Shown here: one piece after another, positions 59,815 to 64,000 of the stretch
How positions within the stretch are numbered: position 1 is the stretch's first letter
Layout: each line of letters starts with the position of its first letter
NCBI GenBank assembly: GCA_964619405.1
Contig: CAZUCF010000001.1
Coordinates: 33,633-97,632, forward strand
Direction: 5' to 3'
From: an uncultured archaeon
GTDB lineage: Archaea; Iainarchaeota; Iainarchaeia; Iainarchaeales; JAAZKV01
Length of the DNA: 64,000 bases
Program-made: the position numbers and the translations under genes
Notes under the pieces: generated by a model
Database searches by the model: none
The model's input: the letters and a program-made list of their open reading frames with translations, nothing else
Told to the model about the DNA's origin: nothing

Positions 59815-60570
59815 ATGTTCAAAGGATTTCTCAAACATGTTAATAATATAATTGATGCAAGCAATCTAATATTCGAAATAATTGATGCACGGTATCCTGA
59901 AAAAACACGAAATTTTGAACTCGAAAAAAAAATTCTAAAAAAAGGAAAAAAATTAATAATTATAATAAACAAATCTGATTTAGTAGAAAAAGAAAAAATA
60001 GAGAATGATAAAGAAAAATTATTTAACAAAACAAGATTTAGAACCATATTTGTTTCAGCAAAAAATAAAACAGGAATAAACTTAATAAGAAAAGAAATAG
60101 GCATGGCAAAAAAAGGCAACTCATTAACAATAGGAATTATTGGTTACCCTAACACTGGCAAAAGCACTTTAATAAATTCAATTGCTGGAAAAGGAAAGGG
60201 CAGGGTCGCAACATCAAAAAAAGCTGGTTTAACAAGAGGCTTGCAAAGAATAAAAATAAGTGATGGAATTTATTTGCTTGATAGCCCAGGAATAATACCA
60301 AGAAAAAAAGAAGAAACAGATTTGTTTTTAGTTAACTCAAAAAATATTAACCAGTTAAAAGACCTTGAAGGAACCGCTTACAAAATAATACAAGAAATCG
60401 GTTTAGACAAAATGATACAATATTTTAGAATAAAAAAAGTTAGTGACGAAGAAGAATTTTTGGAAGAACTAGCAATAAAACAAAACTTATTAAAAAAAGG
60501 AGCTTTACCAGACACAATCAAATCAGCAAGATTCTTGCTTGAAAGATACCAAAAAAACGAATTAGTTTAA
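59815..60570 (+). CDS. Circularly permuted ribosome-biogenesis GTPase (RbgA/YlqF family)
   Basis: IIDARYP, G4 NKSD preceding G1 GYPNTGKS, DSPG. Confidence 0.93.
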   Translation: MFKGFLKHVNNIIDASNLIFEIIDARYPEKTRNFELEKKILKKGKKLIIIINKSDLVEKEKIENDKEKLFNKTRFRTIFVSAKNKTGINLIRKEIGMAKKGNSLTIGIIGYPNTGKSTLINSIAGKGKGRVATSKKAGLTRGLQRIKISDGIYLLDSPGIIPRKKEETDLFLVNSKNINQLKDLEGTAYKIIQEIGLDKMIQYFRIKKVSDEEEFLEELAIKQNLLKKGALPDTIKSARFLLERYQKNELV

Positions 60571-60644
60571 AAACAAAAATAATACAAAAAAATAACTAAT
60601 TTGGCATAAAAATAATAAATAAAATATTAAAATTAATATATTTT

Positions 60645-60723
60645 ATAAAAAAATAAATTAACACTAAATAAAAAAATAAATTAACACTAAATAAAAAAAT
60701 AAATTAACACTAAATAAAAAAAT
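60645..60723. repeat. 23-bp tandem repeat (ATAAAAAAATAAATTAACACTAA) x3 plus partial copy
   Basis: TTAACACTAA recurs at 60658, 60681 and 60704. Confidence 0.85.
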
Positions 60724-60807
60724 TAATTAACATAAAATAAAATTAACATACTAAATAAAATGTTATAATCAAATAAAAAATTAGAATTGCCTTACTTAAC
60801 AAAAAAA

Positions 60808-60927
60808 TTAGTTCAAGGATTCTATTAACTCAATAATTTTTCTAATATTAATCTTGTTTTTCAAAGACTTTTCTTTCTCTAAACGCAAATTGAATTCCAT
60901 TAATAATTCTTCATTGTTAAAACGCAT
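60808..60927 (-). CDS. Possible 39-aa small protein
   Basis: Manual translation MRFNNEELLMEFNLRLEKEKSLKNKINIRKIIELIESLN*; less biased composition than flanking spacer. Confidence 0.35.
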   Translation of the reverse strand: MRFNNEELLMEFNLRLEKEKSLKNKINIRKIIELIESLN

Positions 60928-60992
60928 AATAATAATAAGAAAAAAAGGATTATAAAACAAACGAATTTGATAAAAATGATATTAAATAGAGT

Positions 60993-61394
60993 TCAAAGAA
61001 TTGATTGTTGACCAATAATAACATTCAAATCAATTGAATGCTTTTTGGCTTCATCTAATGAGAGCATATAATTTTTTCCAGCAAGGTGAAAAACATCATG
61101 TTTAAGGAAAAGCCAGCCCTTATTTGGAATCTTCCAAGCGACAACGAATTCAGCACCAGCTTTCTCAGCCCAACCAATTTCTTCATCTAACTGTTCTTTA
61201 ACAATTGGTAAATAATTGCCTTTTCTTGCCTTACACTCAAAAGCCAGTATTTTGCCGTTTAAAAGAGCAACAATATCAGGACAAGGCAAAGGGTTAACAC
61301 CAGAACCTGCAACACGCAAAACAGCAAACCCCTTTGAATCAAGAATTTTTATTAACTCTCGCTCAGCATTTGCACCTTTATTATAATGAGCCAT
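60993..61394 (-). CDS. hjc: Holliday junction resolvase Hjc
   Basis: KGANAERELI, GFAVLRVAGSG, PDIVA, FECK. Confidence 0.94.
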   Translation of the reverse strand: MAHYNKGANAERELIKILDSKGFAVLRVAGSGVNPLPCPDIVALLNGKILAFECKARKGNYLPIVKEQLDEEIGWAEKAGAEFVVAWKIPNKGWLFLKHDVFHLAGKNYMLSLDEAKKHSIDLNVIIGQQSIL

Positions 61395-61526
61395 AAATGA
61401 AATAATACAAAACAAGTTTAATAATAATATGATAACCTTATTTCTTCAAAAAGACAATTTTGTTCTCAAAAAGGTAAGTTTAAAATCCCTACATAACAAG
61501 AAAATCTTTAAGAATTAGGAATTTAA

Positions 61527-61781
61527 ATGAAAACGGTTGTAAAATTAAAGGTTTTTACCGGAAAACCAGTTACCAGAATTTATCTTGGTAATGACGGAGA
61601 AACATTATTAATTGATGTTAAAAACAAACCTGAAAAAAATAAAGCGAATAAGGAAATTATAAAAATATTAAAAAAGTTTTTTAAAAGCGAAGTCAAAATA
61701 GTTTCAGGGTTAAAACAAAAAAACAAAATTATTGAAATTTATTCTAAAAAAGAAGAAATATTCAAGAAATTTAAAGCCTAA
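61527..61781 (+). CDS. DUF167/YggU family protein
   Basis: PEKNKANKEII...VKIVSGLKQKNK. Confidence 0.85.
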   Translation: MKTVVKLKVFTGKPVTRIYLGNDGETLLIDVKNKPEKNKANKEIIKILKKFFKSEVKIVSGLKQKNKIIEIYSKKEEIFKKFKA

Positions 61782-61813
61782 TTCTAAAAAAATTAAAAAT
61801 AGGGAGTGAAAAA

Positions 61814-63247
61814 ATGGCAAAAACATATTTAAGTGCTATAAAATACGAAATAAAAGCAGTTTATGAAGTCGATGGAATAGTTGAGAAACCAGACATCATA
61901 GGAGCAATATTCGGCCAAAGCGAAGGCTTACTAGGCGAAGACATGGATCTAAAAGAATTACAACAAGCTGGAAAATTAGGAAGAATAGAAATAACTGTAA
62001 ACAAGCAAAAAGGAAAAACTACTGGAGAAATAATAATTCCTAGTTCATTAGACCAAGTAAAAACAAGTATTCTTGCGGCAACAATAGAAACAGTTGAAAA
62101 AGTTGGGCCTTGTAATACAACAGTAAAAATATTAAAAATAAATGATACAAGAAAAGAAAAAAGAGATATTATTACTGACAGAGCAAAACAATTGCTAACA
62201 AGAATGCAAAAATTTGAGGGAATAGAAACAACAGAAATCGCTGACAATATAAAAAGTCAAATAAGAACAGCAAAAATAATTAGTTTGAATGGCTTACCAG
62301 CAGGACCAGAAGCACAAACAAGCGAAGAAATAATAATTGTTGAAGGGAGAGCAGACGTTTTGAAACTATTAAGCTATGGAATAAAAAATGCTGTAGCAAT
62401 GAACGGAAGCAATATTGAAAAATCCTTAATAGATTTGTGCAAACAAAAAACAACAACAATGCTTGTTGATGGTGACAGGGGCGGAGAACTAAACGCAAAA
62501 AAATTAGCATCCCTAACAGACATTAATTTTGTTGCAAGAGCACCTGATGGAAAAGAAGTTGAAGAACTAACACAAAAAGAAATACTACAATCATTAAAAA
62601 GAAAACTAACAATCAATGATTTTTTAAAAGGAAAAACAAGTAATTATCCAAATCAAAAAAGTTATGAACCAAGACCATACAATTCATACCAAAACAATAA
62701 CTACAACAATAGAAATAATTACTCAAACTATAATAATAACACAAATAATAGAAACCCACGATTTGATAATAGGCGAAACGGATTCAACTCTTGGAAACCA
62801 AGAACACAAGAATATTTTGATCCATTCAAAGGAAATTATAGATCAAAACCACAAACAATAACAGCAAAAATTGATAATATAATAAAACCAATGCAATCTA
62901 TAACACAAAAACCAGCAACAATGCAAAATATAATACAAGAAAAACCAGTTACAATAAAACAAATAAATCCAAAAGAATTCGAATCAATAAAAAAAGATTT
63001 TGCAAAAATAAAGGGTAAATCAACCGCAAGATTCTATGATGAAAAAAACAAAAAAATCAAAGATGTTGCAGTAAAAGAACTTATTCACGCATTAGAAAAA
63101 CAAAAAAAGAAAATAAAGACAATACTAATTGATGGAATAATAACAAAAAGACTTATTGATTCTGCAGAAAAAATGAACGTAGAAAATATTATTGGCGCAA
63201 GAAAAAGCATAGCAAAATCAGAAAAAATAAATATAATAACAATTTAA
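61814..63247 (+). CDS. dnaG: Archaeal DnaG (primase-like, exosome-associated)
   Basis: GIVEKPDIIGAIFGQSEGLLG, Toprim IIVEGRADV and DGDRGG, DGIITKRL C-domain. Confidence 0.96.
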   Translation: MAKTYLSAIKYEIKAVYEVDGIVEKPDIIGAIFGQSEGLLGEDMDLKELQQAGKLGRIEITVNKQKGKTTGEIIIPSSLDQVKTSILAATIETVEKVGPCNTTVKILKINDTRKEKRDIITDRAKQLLTRMQKFEGIETTEIADNIKSQIRTAKIISLNGLPAGPEAQTSEEIIIVEGRADVLKLLSYGIKNAVAMNGSNIEKSLIDLCKQKTTTMLVDGDRGGELNAKKLASLTDINFVARAPDGKEVEELTQKEILQSLKRKLTINDFLKGKTSNYPNQKSYEPRPYNSYQNNNYNNRNNYSNYNNNTNNRNPRFDNRRNGFNSWKPRTQEYFDPFKGNYRSKPQTITAKIDNIIKPMQSITQKPATMQNIIQEKPVTIKQINPKEFESIKKDFAKIKGKSTARFYDEKNKKIKDVAVKELIHALEKQKKKIKTILIDGIITKRLIDSAEKMNVENIIGARKSIAKSEKINIITI

Positions 63248-63273
63248 AAAAAATAGGAATTTTTTATTCCTAT

Positions 63274-63834
63274 TTATTTTTTCTTTTTAAGAATTTTTTT
63301 ATTAGAATCCTTATTTAATTCAATTTCTACTTGTTCAACTGGAACAATTATTGAGGACGAATTAAATAAAAACAATGCAAACAGGAAAATTATTGCCCAA
63401 ACAAAGAAAACACTTACTGGAGTAGCAAAAGCAGTCCAAAATTGTCTTGATGTTAAATATGTTTTACCACCAACTACTTGCGCACCAGTTATCTGGTACA
63501 ACGAGTTCTTACAATCCTGATACTTTAACTCTGACAAAATAGCATCCAACCCTTGAACATCCCCCTCAACACTATATGCTTTATCAACACAATAATTGAA
63601 TTCTTTTACTGCTGACCACGAATCAAACATTACTGCCCCCGATTGAATAAGCATTAACACCGAAATGACTATTAGAAAAGCTCCAATCATTTTTGGCAAC
63701 TGAGCATTCTTTGAACCAATTTTAAACAAAACAATTTTTTTCAAAATACCACCTAACAAATAAAAGAAAAACTTATATTTAAAGCTTCTTAAAAAAAGGT
63801 TTTTTAAAAAAAGTAAAATTGTTGTAAAAAACAA
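63274..63834 (-). CDS. Hypothetical membrane protein (true start probably downstream)
   Basis: Two TM segments flanking a Cys-pair loop. Confidence 0.55.
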   Translation of the reverse strand: MFFTTILLFLKNLFLRSFKYKFFFYLLGGILKKIVLFKIGSKNAQLPKMIGAFLIVISVLMLIQSGAVMFDSWSAVKEFNYCVDKAYSVEGDVQGLDAILSELKYQDCKNSLYQITGAQVVGGKTYLTSRQFWTAFATPVSVFFVWAIIFLFALFLFNSSSIIVPVEQVEIELNKDSNKKILKKKK

Positions 63835-63973
63835 GGAAAAACTTAAGGTTTAAAAAGAAACTGCTAAACAATCTTTTTAGTTAAAATATGTTAATAAAAA
63901 CATATTATCAAAATAAACAAGTTGAACTCGCTCAAAGAACGAGCAATTTTGATCAAACTTTTTTCAAAAGTTT

Positions 63974-64000
63974 GGGCCGGTGGTCTAGCGGCTATGACAT
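63974..64000 (+). tRNA. 5' part of a tRNA, probably tRNA-Val, truncated by window end
   Basis: GGGCCGG TG GTCTAGCGGCTATGAC AT resembles the archaeal tRNA-Val 5' end; anticodon not visible. Confidence 0.6.

Noticed and set aside
60645..60760. Possible CRISPR array
   Set aside because: Contiguous repeats without unique spacers; no cas genes in the window
120..63834. Numerous short antisense or alternate-frame ORFs in the track (e.g. 120-482, 20601-20987, 38702-39214, 61861-62247)
   Set aside because: They shadow well-supported genes and have F/S/I/L-rich composition typical of antisense frames in AT-rich DNA

Overview
Very AT-rich archaeal chromosome segment. Gene content (archaeal ProRS, RFC-S, Nre, aEF-1beta, RpoK, S17e, Hjc, DnaG, HerA/NurA/Rad50, class I CCA enzyme, intron-containing tRNA) and style suggest a DPANN archaeon, possibly Ca. 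Iainarchaeota/Diapherotrites; the taxonomy is inference only. Most of the window is housekeeping genes. A ~16.4 kb type IV pilus locus (19759-36174) carries an intein-containing ATPase, two TadB/C-like proteins, an A24 prepilin peptidase and about 12 class III signal peptide proteins, one a 1349-aa three-module GLUG-type adhesin with variable Cys cassettes. The most unusual observations are: (1) a LAGLIDADG intein inserted directly before the Fe-S-ligand Cys of the IscU scaffold; (2) an Ala1 (class 2, KlbA-type) intein carrying a homing endonuclease; (3) an orphan, multi-hairpin IS200/IS605 right-end-like (omegaRNA-like) element within the pilin array; (4) two apparent pseudo-enzymes, a class III RNR homolog and a PolB homolog, both lacking catalytic residues; (5) a Cdc48 with a ~134-aa tandem winged-helix-like insertion; (6) strong strand-specific compositional asymmetry. 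No CRISPR array, rRNA, integrase or reverse transcriptase was seen. All calls come from reading motifs by eye; no database searches were run.
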